Shown here in pieces: positions 9,110 to 18,804 of a DNA stretch of 64,000 nt. The notes under the pieces were generated by a model, which saw only the letters and a list, made by a program, of their open reading frames with translations, ran no database searches and had not been told where the DNA came from. The stretch is from Alphaproteobacteria bacterium (GTDB lineage Bacteria; Pseudomonadota; Alphaproteobacteria; GCA-2731375). Made by a program: the position numbers and the translations under genes. Positions within the stretch are counted from its first letter, which is position 1, and every line of letters begins with the position of its first letter. Where the stretch lies: NCBI GenBank assembly GCA_965232515.1, contig CBDDPY010000002.1:3392001-3456000 (forward strand). The letters run 5' to 3'.

Positions 9110-9445
9110 ATGAACCAGTCTCAGGCTTTGCAGCAGATCGGCACGGCGGTTTCGCAGAACGACGTCGTGCTGTTCATGAAGGGCACGCCGCGGTTTCCGC
9201 AATGCGGCTTCTCGGCCATGGTCGCCGCGACCCTGTCTCAGCTCCAAGTGCCGTTCGTCGGCATGAATGTGCTCGATGACGATGCGCTGCGCCAGGGCGT
9301 CAAGGCGTATGCGAACTGGCCGACGATCCCGCAGCTCTATGTGAAAGGCGAGTTTGTCGGCGGCTGCGATATCGTCCGGGAGATGCACGAAAGCGGTGAG
9401 CTCGAACAGCTCCTGCGGGACAAGGGCCTGCTGCCGGCGGCGTGA
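9110..9445 (+). CDS. grxD: Monothiol glutaredoxin (CGFS type)
   Basis: [15 protein letters not shown] and [19 protein letters not shown]. Confidence 0.95.
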   Translation: MNQSQALQQIGTAVSQNDVVLFMKGTPRFPQCGFSAMVAATLSQLQVPFVGMNVLDDDALRQGVKAYANWPTIPQLYVKGEFVGGCDIVREMHESGELEQLLRDKGLLPAA

Positions 9446-9491
9446 CGTCGCGCGACGCCGTTCGCCCGGGAACGCCGTTCGGAGATGCATC

Positions 9492-9821
9492 ATGACCTAT
9501 GTGGTGACGGAAGCCTGCATCAAGTGCAAGTACATGGACTGTGTCGAGGTCTGTCCGGTCGATTGCTTCTACGAAGGCGAGAACATGCTCGTCATTCACC
9601 CCGACGAATGCATCGACTGCGGCGTCTGCGAGCCGGAATGCCCGGCCGAGGCCATCCTGCCGGATACCGATCAAGGCGCCGAGGCCTGGCTCGAACTCAA
9701 CCGCGACTATTCGGCCCAATGGCCGAACATCGCCCAGAAAGGCGACACCCCGCCGGACGCCGATGCCTATCAGGGCGTCGCCGACAAGTTCGAGCGATAT
9801 TTCAGCCCGAAGCCCGGGTGA
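9492..9821 (+). CDS. fdxA: FdxA-type dicluster ferredoxin
   Basis: [29 protein letters not shown] and [12 protein letters not shown]; GGAG RBS. Confidence 0.95.
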   Translation: MTYVVTEACIKCKYMDCVEVCPVDCFYEGENMLVIHPDECIDCGVCEPECPAEAILPDTDQGAEAWLELNRDYSAQWPNIAQKGDTPPDADAYQGVADKFERYFSPKPG

Positions 9822-9840
9822 CGGCGTTTCTCCGACGGCG

Positions 9841-10221
9841 TCAGCGCTTGTTGTTCTGCGCGGCTTTCCAGGCGGCAAAGCCGCCGGCGAGCGAGGCCGC
9901 GTCGCGGTAGCCCATGTCGAGCAGGGTCTTGGCCGCCAGCGCCGAGCGGCCGCCGGTGCCGCAATAGCAGATGATCCGGCATTCCGGCTTCAGCTCCGGG
10001 TTGTAGGCCGGGCTCTCGGGATCGGCCTGGAACTCGAGCAGCCCGCGCGAGGCGTGGATCGAGCCCGGGATCACGCCGTGCTCCTCGCGCTCCCAGGCGT
10101 CGCGCACGTCGACCAGGATGGTGTCGGGATCTTCCTGGTGATAAGGCAGGTCCGGCACCGAGACCGTCTCGATGGCGGCATTCGCCTCGGCCAGCAAGGC
10201 CTTGAATCCCTTTTTCAGCAT
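9841..10221 (-). CDS. Rhodanese-like protein
   Basis: LVDVRD..E, RGLLEF.ADP.SP, YCGTGGRSAL, LAGGFAAW. Confidence 0.9.
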   Translation of the reverse strand: MLKKGFKALLAEANAAIETVSVPDLPYHQEDPDTILVDVRDAWEREEHGVIPGSIHASRGLLEFQADPESPAYNPELKPECRIICYCGTGGRSALAAKTLLDMGYRDAASLAGGFAAWKAAQNNKR

Positions 10222-10500
10222 GCACGCCTCCCCGTTCCAGTCCATCACGATACGCGGACCCATATCGGCCAAACTTGATTTCGGTCAAGCCGTCGCTGGC
10301 CGCAGACGCCAGCGCTGTCGCGCGTCGTTGAGGGGATACAAGATCAGGACTCGCTCCTGCACAACCATGGTGTGTTAACGTCTCAAGAAGTCTGCCGAAA
10401 ACTGGGGATCGGTTGATGGACCGTATTGCAGGTGAGTTGGCGAACCCACGCCCGGACTCACGACGCTTTCGTCGTTCTAACGTCCCGTGAAAGCGAATTC

Positions 10501-11241
10501 ATGGCTGGCGGTTCTGGCGACGTTTTTTATCCAAGCATTTATCGTCGAATTCAGGCGGCCCTCGTCGACAGCATCATCTTCGCCACGGCGTTCTTCGGTA
10601 GCGCCATCGCAATTGCATCCGTCGACCTCCACGGGATCGTGAAGGCTGGCATCGTCGCCTTCCTGATATTTCTGCTGGAGCCTGTGCTGGTTTCGACCAC
10701 AGGCGCCACGATCGGACATCGGATTTTCGGCATTCGGGTTCAAAACGCGCGGCACGGCGGCAACCTCGACATCTTTCGTGCCACGCTGCGTTTCGTGGTC
10801 AAAGCGCTGTTTGGCCTACCCTCATTCCTTTGGGTCTTGATGACGAAACGTCATCAAGCCTTCCATGACCTGATGTCCCATTCCGTGGTGACGTTCAAAG
10901 ATGCCGGGAACATCGACGAACGACATCTGCGCAGAGACCGTTCCATCGAAGAGAGCGACTATCTCTATCCATCAAGAACGCGGCGGGTGGTCGTCATCGT
11001 TCTTTACGTCGTGCTTAGCCGAATTGTCATGGGTGCCGGTATCGGCGCGTTCGTTTCCGGTGCTTGTGTCAGGTTGAGCAATTGCGATCCAACGGACAAC
11101 GCCATCCTTATCGGGTCGGAGTTGGCCTGGCTCGTTCTGCTTGTGGTTTTCCTCGTCGCCGGCTGGCGTGGAAGATTGATTGGCGCCAGGCGGCGATTGA
11201 GAGACGATGGTCCGGCCGCTTCGAATTCAGGCAGCGAATGA
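10501..11241 (+). CDS. RDD family membrane protein
   Basis: RRIQAALVD, GATIGHRIFGIRV, QAFHDLM motifs. Confidence 0.85.
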   Translation: MAGGSGDVFYPSIYRRIQAALVDSIIFATAFFGSAIAIASVDLHGIVKAGIVAFLIFLLEPVLVSTTGATIGHRIFGIRVQNARHGGNLDIFRATLRFVVKALFGLPSFLWVLMTKRHQAFHDLMSHSVVTFKDAGNIDERHLRRDRSIEESDYLYPSRTRRVVVIVLYVVLSRIVMGAGIGAFVSGACVRLSNCDPTDNAILIGSELAWLVLLVVFLVAGWRGRLIGARRRLRDDGPAASNSGSE

Positions 11242-11290
11242 CCTTCGCCTAACTGGATCGTCGGCGAAAAACGTCGCGACGATCGGACAA

Positions 11291-11326
11291 AGCACCCGCC
11301 AATGCGCCTGAGCCGTGGCGGGTGCT
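11291..11326. terminator. Hairpin between convergent genes
   Basis: AGCACCCGCCA ... TGGCGGGTGCT, an 11-bp inverted repeat; no clear U-tract. Confidence 0.4.
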
Positions 11327-11366
11327 GGTCAGCACCATCCGGATTCAGATACCGCCCAACGACGGC

Positions 11367-12158
11367 TCAACGGAAGTCGAAGCCGAGTTCGTGGAGCTGG
11401 GCGCGCAAGCTGTCGCGAAGCTGGGGCACGAATTTCTTGTCCATTTCGTCGCTCCAGGAGTCGGGCGTGGTCGGCTTGCCGACAGACCCGTAGTGCGCGG
11501 CGAGCGCGGCGTCGTAATCGGCCACCTCCTCTACCATGGTGCGGTTGCCGCGGAGCGCACCGTAGCGGTCTTCGTGCACCATGGCGCCGTATTCCATGCG
11601 CGGCTTCTGCTTCGGCGCCTCCGCGGGCCAGCCGAGGCACATGCCGAAAACGCAATAAACCCGGTGCGGCAGGCCGAGCGCGCGCGCGGTGGCGACGGCG
11701 TCGTTGCGCACGGCGCCGATCATCACGCCCTTGAGGCCCAGTGAGTCCGCGGCGAGATAGGCCGACATGCCGACGAGCGCCGCGTCGATGCTGGACACGA
11801 GGCCGATCTCGAGGTTGTTGTCGGCGATGTCGTGGCCGTGCCGCTTGGTCGCATATTCAATCCGGGTCAGATCGGCACAGAACGCAAGAAACACGGGTGC
11901 TTCAAGAATATGCGGCTGATTTCCGGTAATTGGATGGATTTGCCGTTTTATTTCCGGATCGCGAACCACAATCACGCTGTAGGCCTGGATGTTCGACGAG
12001 GTCGGCGCGCGGAAGGCGGCGCCGAGAATGGCGTCGACCGTTTCGGGCGCCACCGGCCGGTCGGTGAACTTGCGCACGCTGACGCGGTTCAGCAGCGTTT
12101 CGATGGTGTCGCTGGTTGTCGGGGCGTCGGCGGACGGGACGGCTTGTTGCTCTTGCAT
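11367..12158 (-). CDS. NfsA/Frp-type flavin reductase / nitroreductase
   Basis: RVSVRKF, APTSSNIQAYS, FCADL.R, IDAALVG, IGAVRN, KPR motifs. Confidence 0.9.
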   Translation of the reverse strand: MQEQQAVPSADAPTTSDTIETLLNRVSVRKFTDRPVAPETVDAILGAAFRAPTSSNIQAYSVIVVRDPEIKRQIHPITGNQPHILEAPVFLAFCADLTRIEYATKRHGHDIADNNLEIGLVSSIDAALVGMSAYLAADSLGLKGVMIGAVRNDAVATARALGLPHRVYCVFGMCLGWPAEAPKQKPRMEYGAMVHEDRYGALRGNRTMVEEVADYDAALAAHYGSVGKPTTPDSWSDEMDKKFVPQLRDSLRAQLHELGFDFR

Positions 12159-12438
12159 ACCGGGGACGGTCTCCTGGCAAAATGTCTGGGGGTGTCAGAG
12201 ATTGGCGCATCTGCGAGGTTAGATGACCCTTACATGTACTGCTAACCGTATGTCGACGACGTCGGCATGGAACTTCGTTTGTCGCCGAGGCGGCCACCTC
12301 CACGGAAAGCGTTGTTGTTCGGCTGATTTTTTCGATCGGCAGGCGCAGAATTCGCGAATTCAAATTCTACAAGCGACAATCCGCAGATGTTAGACAGCTG
12401 GATCTGAAAAGCCCGTCGGTGATGGGTAGGGTGTATCC

Positions 12439-13380
12439 TTGAGCTTCGATCTATTGCTTCATGCGCGAAACGGCGAACGCACAACGCCGGAAGCTCTGGA
12501 GCTATGGTTTTCCGCGCAACCGAACTATGACGTTGGGCATGGTCAGGCGGTCTATGAGAATGAGTGGACGGATGTCCATTTCATTTTCGAATTCACACAA
12601 GAAACCTACCTGGAAGACCAGCCACCACCTGATCTGATCCTGTTGCTCAATTTCGCCCGCCCGTCGCCGTTCGCTCGCGAGGCCGCGATCGAGGTGAGTA
12701 AGGTTGTCGAGCAGTTCGACTTCGACGTCACCGATCCTCAACTAAATGACCCGACACGCGCCACGTGGAATCCGGAGGACTTCATTTCCTCATATCACCG
12801 TCACGCGGCAGGCGCCGCTCGCATGCTCATTCAACAATCGGACACCCTGGGGCAGGTGGGCCATTTGCGGCTGCCGCAACGTGTCCTGAACGACATTTGG
12901 TCATGGAACCACAAAGCACCGGAACGCCAGTCATGGCTCAGACGGACCGGCCGCGATTTGTTCTTGCCAACCCAGATGATCTTTTCGGTTGGCGGCAATC
13001 TATATGATGCGGTGGTTTGGACGGACGTCATTCCCTCGTTGCTACCGCCGGCGAGCCACATTCTGCTCCACCGGTCCGAACTCGCTCCAAGACGCCTACC
13101 GCTGCTCAAAAGACGCGAGACGTATGAGTTGATCCCAAGATCGATGCTCAACGGTCTGCTCTCGGAATTCTACGATCCGGTACCGGAGATCCCCGGCGCA
13201 ATCTGGCCGCCAAATGACAACCGAAATGGTTCGCTCGAAGCGGCGCTGAAGAGCCGTGCCGTCGGGTCCGGGGCGCTGAACAAGACGCTGTATGCCGACG
13301 AACTGGACGGTGTGCCGGAGGACGATCGTCTCAACATCGTCCCGTTCAGTTCAGTCTTGGATGAGGCGTTTTTCGACTAG
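12439..13380 (+). CDS. Hypothetical protein (313 aa, AT-richer codon usage)
   Basis: Long ORF with a TTG start and globular composition; no recognised motif. Confidence 0.7.
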   Translation: MSFDLLLHARNGERTTPEALELWFSAQPNYDVGHGQAVYENEWTDVHFIFEFTQETYLEDQPPPDLILLLNFARPSPFAREAAIEVSKVVEQFDFDVTDPQLNDPTRATWNPEDFISSYHRHAAGAARMLIQQSDTLGQVGHLRLPQRVLNDIWSWNHKAPERQSWLRRTGRDLFLPTQMIFSVGGNLYDAVVWTDVIPSLLPPASHILLHRSELAPRRLPLLKRRETYELIPRSMLNGLLSEFYDPVPEIPGAIWPPNDNRNGSLEAALKSRAVGSGALNKTLYADELDGVPEDDRLNIVPFSSVLDEAFFD

Positions 13381-13569
13381 GGCATCCGGACGGCAAGGAG
13401 CTTCCGTACACCGGACGGGAGGGTTGCCGCCATGACGGTCCGGGACCTGCAAAGAAATCGGGGTCAGGCGCTGCAATCAAGCAACGCGCAATTTTAATGT
13501 CATCGAGCCTTCGCCTGGACTTTATGCGCACAAGACCTGACACCATTTCGTGAAGCGTGGCGGATCAGA

Positions 13570-14217
13570 TCAGGCCGGCGCGACGCGGCGCATGGTGACG
13601 CGGGGCGTCCAGGTGCGCGGCAGGTCGGCGGGGGGTTTGCGGATCACCTTGAAGCCGGCGCGGCGGAACATGGGCTCGGTGCCGAAATAGGCGTTGTCAT
13701 CGCCGGTACGGGCGGCCCCCGCGCGCGGATAGGCTTCGACCGCGGGCGCGCCCTTCTCGAAGGCATAGTCGGCCGCCGCGCGAATCAGCGCCACGGCGAT
13801 GCCGCGGCCGCGTTCGGCCTTGCGCACGGTGACGCAGGGGATGACCCAGACGTCGACGTCGTCGACCCGCGGCGTCGCCCGCGAGCGGTCGACGCGCCCG
13901 AGCTCGCCCCGCGGCGCAACGGCGATCCAGCCCACAGGGTCGTCGCCGTAGAAGGCGATGAGTCCCGGTGCCCGACTACGACGGCGGGCGAGGCTGGTCA
14001 GGGCATCGCGCCGGCGCTGGTTTAGCGACCCCTCGCCCGGCAGGTCGCGCGTCTCGGCGTCGCTAAGGCGCGGATACATGCACCAGCACCCCCGCCCCCA
14101 ACTGCCAGCAAGCACCGTGCCTAAGGCATCCATCAGCCGCGGCGTCAGCGGTCGCATGTCGAGTGGCGGTGGTGATGTCGTCTCGCGGTTCTTCGCCTTC
14201 CGCGATGTCGTCGGCAT
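13570..14217 (-). CDS. GNAT family N-acetyltransferase
   Basis: CWCMY, VRKAERGRGIA motif A, VEAYP, FRRAGF. Confidence 0.85.
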   Translation of the reverse strand: MPTTSRKAKNRETTSPPPLDMRPLTPRLMDALGTVLAGSWGRGCWCMYPRLSDAETRDLPGEGSLNQRRRDALTSLARRRSRAPGLIAFYGDDPVGWIAVAPRGELGRVDRSRATPRVDDVDVWVIPCVTVRKAERGRGIAVALIRAAADYAFEKGAPAVEAYPRAGAARTGDDNAYFGTEPMFRRAGFKVIRKPPADLPRTWTPRVTMRRVAPA

Positions 14218-14368
14218 TATTCCCTCCAGGTGACCCCTTCATCGCCAGATCGGCGATTGAACGTAAACCGGATTGTCTGAGCGCAGCGCTGGCCAGGCTT
14301 GAATTGCTGCGGCTGACTATATCCAGGTCATTGACACCCAATCATACCCATGATCACTTCGCCGGATC

Positions 14369-14665
14369 ATGAAGGAGAAGCTGGAAACAGTGCTCGAAAA
14401 CATCTGCGATGAAGCCTCGTTCATTGCATTCCTGTCGGCACTTTCGGAGGACTGGAACGAAGAGCAGCGAATTGAAGCCACTCAACCGAGTTCGCCTTAT
14501 GGCCGGGGCGCGAATGGCTGGGAGAACGGATCAATTGGTTCGTTTCTCGAAGCCGCGAGCGCATACGGCCAGGCTCACCTGAGCAATCCGGCTTCTCGGC
14601 TTAAGCACAACAATCCCTGGCGACAGGCGGCAGAAATTATCTATTCGGGGAAGTTCTACGAATAA
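14369..14665 (+). CDS. Small acidic hypothetical protein
   Basis: 98 aa; WEN.SI..FLEA and W...A.IIY.GK.YE pattern seen in small immunity-like proteins. Confidence 0.7.
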   Translation: MKEKLETVLENICDEASFIAFLSALSEDWNEEQRIEATQPSSPYGRGANGWENGSIGSFLEAASAYGQAHLSNPASRLKHNNPWRQAAEIIYSGKFYE

Positions 14666-14772
14666 CGGTCTTATGCAGCCGGCAAGGAATCAAAGAGCCA
14701 AACAAGCTGTCGAAGCGACAGTTCTGAAGATATTGCAGTTGCTTTCGAACGCATCTCGGCGAAATCTAGAAA

Positions 14773-15147
14773 ATGGCCCGGACGTTGTACAGCTTCAAAC
14801 TCAGGAGGCACGTGCCTCTGCTCACCGACGAAGAATACGAGAGGGTGTCGGTTCATCTGCAAGGGCGCATCTCCGCCGTGATGCGGTACCGGAAGGTACA
14901 TGGCTGCTCGTTGGAAGAAGCGCTATTGCGCGTACCCGAAAGCGTCCGGGCTCTTGATGCGTACGAGGACATAACGGGCCACAGATTGGATCATCCCGAT
15001 CAACTGTATGCCGTGCGCCTCTCAGAGTATGGCCGCCCCTGCCCGGCGTGCGAGCGACCGTACAGGACGCCAAGAGCGAAATTATGCGCTGAGTGCGGGT
15101 TTCGGTTGCCGAAAAACGAAGTCGCCGGACCGGCCACTCAACAGTAG
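14773..15147 (+). CDS. Hypothetical protein with a C-terminal zinc ribbon
   Basis: YGRPCPACERPYRTPRAKLCAECG. Confidence 0.75.
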   Translation: MARTLYSFKLRRHVPLLTDEEYERVSVHLQGRISAVMRYRKVHGCSLEEALLRVPESVRALDAYEDITGHRLDHPDQLYAVRLSEYGRPCPACERPYRTPRAKLCAECGFRLPKNEVAGPATQQ

Positions 15148-15160
15148 AGCATGCCGGCTC

Positions 15161-16675
15161 TCAACCTTCGTCCATGAAGTCGACGGTTGCCGGTGTCGGG
15201 TCGGGTGGGGGGCGGCGGATTCTTGTGGTCTGTTCGTAGGCGTGGGCGAGCCGGAACAGAGTGGCTTCCTGGAAGGCCGAGGCGAAGAAGGAGAGGCCGA
15301 CGGGGAGGCCGTGGAGGTAGCCGGCGGGAACGGTGATGTGGGGATAGCCGGCGACGGCGGGGACCTGGGCGGCGGCGATCGAGCGATTGTCGCCGTTGAC
15401 CCAGTCGATGAGCCACGGCGCCGAGGTGGTGGGCGCCACCAGCGCGTCGAGGCCGTGGGCGGCTAGCGCGGCGTCGATGCCCTCCTCCCGGCTGAGGCGC
15501 CGGGCGGTGGCGACGGCCTCGCGGTAGGCGGGCTCGGTGAGCGGGCCCTTGGCGGCGGCGCGGTGCATGCGGTCCTGGCCGAAATAGGGCATAGCGCGCT
15601 CGGCGTTGGCTTCGTTGAAGGCGATGACGTCGTCGAGCGAGCGCACCGGCACATCGCCGCCGCGGCCGGCCAGGTAGGCGTCGAGGTCGGCCTTGAACTC
15701 GTAGCTCATGAGCTCGGCCTCGGCGACCGTCAGCCGGGGCAGGTCGGCATAGTCGACCGGGTCGATCAGCTCGGCCCCGGCCTCGCGCAAGGCGGCGAGT
15801 GACGTTTCGAAAATGCGGTCGACGCCGGCCTGCAGGCTGCAGTAGGCGCGGACGACGCCGATGCGCGCGCCCTGAAGGCCGCCCGACGTCAGCGCGGCCA
15901 TGTAGTCGACCGGCCAGCCGCTGGCGGCCTCGGTCGCCGGGTCGGCCGGATCGGGGCCGGCGATGGCGGCGAGCAGCACGGCCGCATCGGCGACCGAGCG
16001 CGTCATCGGGCCCGCCGTGTCCTGGCTGTGGGCGATGGGCACGATGCCGCTGCGGCTGACCAGACCGATGGTGGGCTTCATGCCGACGATGCCGTTCATG
16101 GCCGCGGGACCGACGACCGAGCCGTCGGTCTCGGTGCCGATGGCGGCGGCGCAGAAGCCGCAGGCCGTGGCGACGGCCGAGCCCGAGCTGGAACCGCCCG
16201 GCGTGCGGTCGAGCGCGTAGGCGTTGCGGGTCTGCCCGCCCCGGCTGCTCCAGCCGCTGGACGATTGCATGCTGCGGAAGTTGGCCCATTCGCTCAAGTT
16301 GCTCTTGGCGATAATGACGGCGCCGGCTTCGCGCAGGCGCTCGACCACGTAGGCGTCAGCCGCCGCACGCGTGCCCTCCAGCGCGATGGAGCCGGCCGTG
16401 GTGGTCATTCGATCCGATGTGTCGATGTTGTCCTTCACGACGATCGGCAGGCCGTGCAGCGGGCCGCGCACCCGGCCGTCGGCGCGCTCGGCATCGAGAC
16501 CGGCGGCGATCGCCAGCGCATCCGGATTGCGCTCGATGATGGCGTTGACGCCGCCGTCGCGCGCGTCCATGCGCGCGAAACACAGCTCGGCCAGCGCGAC
16601 GGCGGTGAGGTCGCCGCCGGTGAGGTGCGCCTGCAGCTCGGCGAGCGTGGCGGTGTCGAGGGCGATGTCGGGCAT
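15161..16675 (-). CDS. Amidase (amidase-signature family)
   Basis: [29 protein letters not shown] catalytic K-S-S motifs. Confidence 0.95.
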   Translation of the reverse strand: MPDIALDTATLAELQAHLTGGDLTAVALAELCFARMDARDGGVNAIIERNPDALAIAAGLDAERADGRVRGPLHGLPIVVKDNIDTSDRMTTTAGSIALEGTRAAADAYVVERLREAGAVIIAKSNLSEWANFRSMQSSSGWSSRGGQTRNAYALDRTPGGSSSGSAVATACGFCAAAIGTETDGSVVGPAAMNGIVGMKPTIGLVSRSGIVPIAHSQDTAGPMTRSVADAAVLLAAIAGPDPADPATEAASGWPVDYMAALTSGGLQGARIGVVRAYCSLQAGVDRIFETSLAALREAGAELIDPVDYADLPRLTVAEAELMSYEFKADLDAYLAGRGGDVPVRSLDDVIAFNEANAERAMPYFGQDRMHRAAAKGPLTEPAYREAVATARRLSREEGIDAALAAHGLDALVAPTTSAPWLIDWVNGDNRSIAAAQVPAVAGYPHITVPAGYLHGLPVGLSFFASAFQEATLFRLAHAYEQTTRIRRPPPDPTPATVDFMDEG

Positions 16676-16678
16676 AGT

Positions 16679-17575
16679 TCAGGTCACGTCCTTGGTTTCG
16701 CGAACGTCCAGTAGATCACGCAGGCTGTCGCCAAGGAAATTGATGCTGAGCACGGTGAGCATGATGGCGACGCCGGGGAACACGCCGAGCCACCAGGCAC
16801 GCGAAATGAAGCTGCGGGATTCGGCCAGGATCAGGCCCCAGGTCGGGGTCGAGGCCTCGACGCCGAGGCCGAGGAACGACAGCCCGGCCTCGGCCAGGAT
16901 GGCGTAGGACACGCTGACCGTCGCCTGGACGATGATCGGCGCCGTGGCGTTCGGCAGGATGTGCCGCCACATGATGCGGACGTCGGACGCGCCGACCGTG
17001 CGCGCGGCATCGACATACTGCTCGGCCTTGATGGTCAGCACCATGCCGCGGGCGATGCGGGCGAAATCGTCGACGAACGCGAGCGCAATGGCGACGATCA
17101 CGTTGGCAAGGCCGGTGCCGAACACGGCGACCAGATAGACCGCGATGATGAAGTTCGGAAACGCCCATTGCAGGTCGATGTAGCGCATGATGATGGTGTC
17201 GATGAAACCGCCGTAATAGCCGGCGGCAACACCCAGGATCAGGCCGGCGACGAGCGCGATCAGCACCGTCGAGACGCCCACGAAGAGCGACACCTGCGCG
17301 CCATAAATCAGCCGGCTGAGCAGGTCGCGGCCGAGATCGTCCGTACCCAGCGGGTGCGCCAGCGACGGCGCGCCGATCATGTCGTATTCCATGTCGTTGG
17401 GATCGAACGGCGCGATCAGCGGCGCGGCGATCGCCGCAAACGTGAACAGGCCGAGGATGATCAGGCCGACGAGCGCCTTCTTGTCGCGCAGGATGTAGCG
17501 CCACCAGAGCTGGCCGCGGCTCAAAGGTTTGGGCGCGGCGAAATCGGCGGCGGCGATTGTGTCGGTCTTGCTCAT
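16679..17575 (-). CDS. Peptide/nickel ABC transporter permease (DppC-like)
   Basis: HPLGTDDLGRD, EAA loop, HILPNA, LGDSLRD. Confidence 0.93.
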   Translation of the reverse strand: MSKTDTIAAADFAAPKPLSRGQLWWRYILRDKKALVGLIILGLFTFAAIAAPLIAPFDPNDMEYDMIGAPSLAHPLGTDDLGRDLLSRLIYGAQVSLFVGVSTVLIALVAGLILGVAAGYYGGFIDTIIMRYIDLQWAFPNFIIAVYLVAVFGTGLANVIVAIALAFVDDFARIARGMVLTIKAEQYVDAARTVGASDVRIMWRHILPNATAPIIVQATVSVSYAILAEAGLSFLGLGVEASTPTWGLILAESRSFISRAWWLGVFPGVAIMLTVLSINFLGDSLRDLLDVRETKDVT

Positions 17576-17581
17576 GGCCGC

Positions 17582-18529
17582 CTACTCGTACCGGATGCGG
17601 GGGTCGATGACGGTGTAGAGCATGTCGACCACCAGGTTCGAGAAGACGAAGATCGCCGAGACCACCAGGATCGCGCCCTGCACCACGGGATAGTCGCGGT
17701 TCAGGATGCCCTGGATCAGCACGCGGCCCAGGCCCTTGATGGCGAAGACGTTCTCGACCACGACCGCGCCTGCCATCAACAGCGCCAGCGCGATGCCCAT
17801 CACCGTGACGACGGGGATGAGGGCGTTCGGCAGGGCGTGCACGAAGACGAGCTGCGGCTTCAGCAGGCCCTTGGAGCGGGCGACGCGGATGAAGTCGGTC
17901 TTCAACACCTCGAGCATGGACGAGCGGATCATGCGGGCCATGATCGCCGCGAACGGCGTGCCGACGGCGATCGCCGGCATGATCAGGTGCGAGAACCAGG
18001 GCCAAAAGCCTTCGGCCAGCGGCACGTAGCCGATGGCCGGCAACCATTGCAGCTGGGCCGCGAAGACGATGATCAACAGGATCGCCAGCCAGAAGTCCGG
18101 CATGCTGAGCCCGAGGAAGGCGACCACCGTGACGCCGTGGTCGAGCGCAGAGTGTTTTCGGAGCGCCGAGATCAGGCCGGCCGGCACGGCGATGATGAGC
18201 GCCAGAAAGAAGGCGAGCACCGTGAGCGAGATGGTGCGCGGGAAGGCCTCGGCGATGATCTGCGAGACCGGCACGCGGCTGCCGTAGATCGAGGCGCCGA
18301 GATTGCCCTGCAGCACCTGAACGAAGTATTTGCCGTACTGCACGTAGGTCGGCTGATCGAGGCCGAAGTCCTCGCGCATCTGCTCGGCCGCGGCCGGATC
18401 GCCGGTGTCGAAGACCATGGCCAAGAGTGGGTCGCCCGGCACGGCGCGCAGCATGAAGAAGACCAAGGTCGCCACCGCCCACATGACGACGATGGCGCCG
18501 AGCGTGCGTCGCAAAAGGTATTTCGTCAT
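17582..18529 (-). CDS. Peptide/nickel ABC transporter permease (DppB-like)
   Basis: PGDP, ARSKGL, HALPNALIP, RDYPVVQG, DPRIRY. Confidence 0.93.
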   Translation of the reverse strand: MTKYLLRRTLGAIVVMWAVATLVFFMLRAVPGDPLLAMVFDTGDPAAAEQMREDFGLDQPTYVQYGKYFVQVLQGNLGASIYGSRVPVSQIIAEAFPRTISLTVLAFFLALIIAVPAGLISALRKHSALDHGVTVVAFLGLSMPDFWLAILLIIVFAAQLQWLPAIGYVPLAEGFWPWFSHLIMPAIAVGTPFAAIMARMIRSSMLEVLKTDFIRVARSKGLLKPQLVFVHALPNALIPVVTVMGIALALLMAGAVVVENVFAIKGLGRVLIQGILNRDYPVVQGAILVVSAIFVFSNLVVDMLYTVIDPRIRYE

Positions 18530-18564
18530 GGCGTTAGCGTCCGATCTGTCGCACGGCCGCGCCT

Positions 18565-18649
18565 GTCATCCCGGCGAAGGCCGGGATCCATGGGGCGGCG
18601 GGCGTGTCGGCGGCGAATGCAGATGGATCCTGGCCTGCGCCAGGATGAC
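18565..18649. repeat. REP-like double-hairpin intergenic element
   Basis: GTCATCCCGGCGAAGGCCGGGATCCAT ... ATGGATCCTGGCCTGCGCCAGGATGAC, an inverted pair with an internal hairpin in each arm. Confidence 0.8.
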
Positions 18650-18804
18650 GAGGGTGGCGCGCTGGACGCGTGTTCTGCTCGCGCGCACGCGGCGGGCTGA
18701 CGGTTCGGTTGCTGTCAGTGTTCGTCACGGTGTCACCGTTTGGCTGTCGAAGTGGGGCGGCGGCGCACCGGGGTGCCGATGCGCCGCTGTGGTGTCCCCT
18801 TCGG

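Noticed and set aside
10370-15150. Integron cassette array (GCCTAAC after the RDD gene; GTTAGAT and GTTAGAC near 12218 and 12389)
   Set aside because: No matching R''/R' pairs forming attC hairpins, no repeated sites and no integrase.
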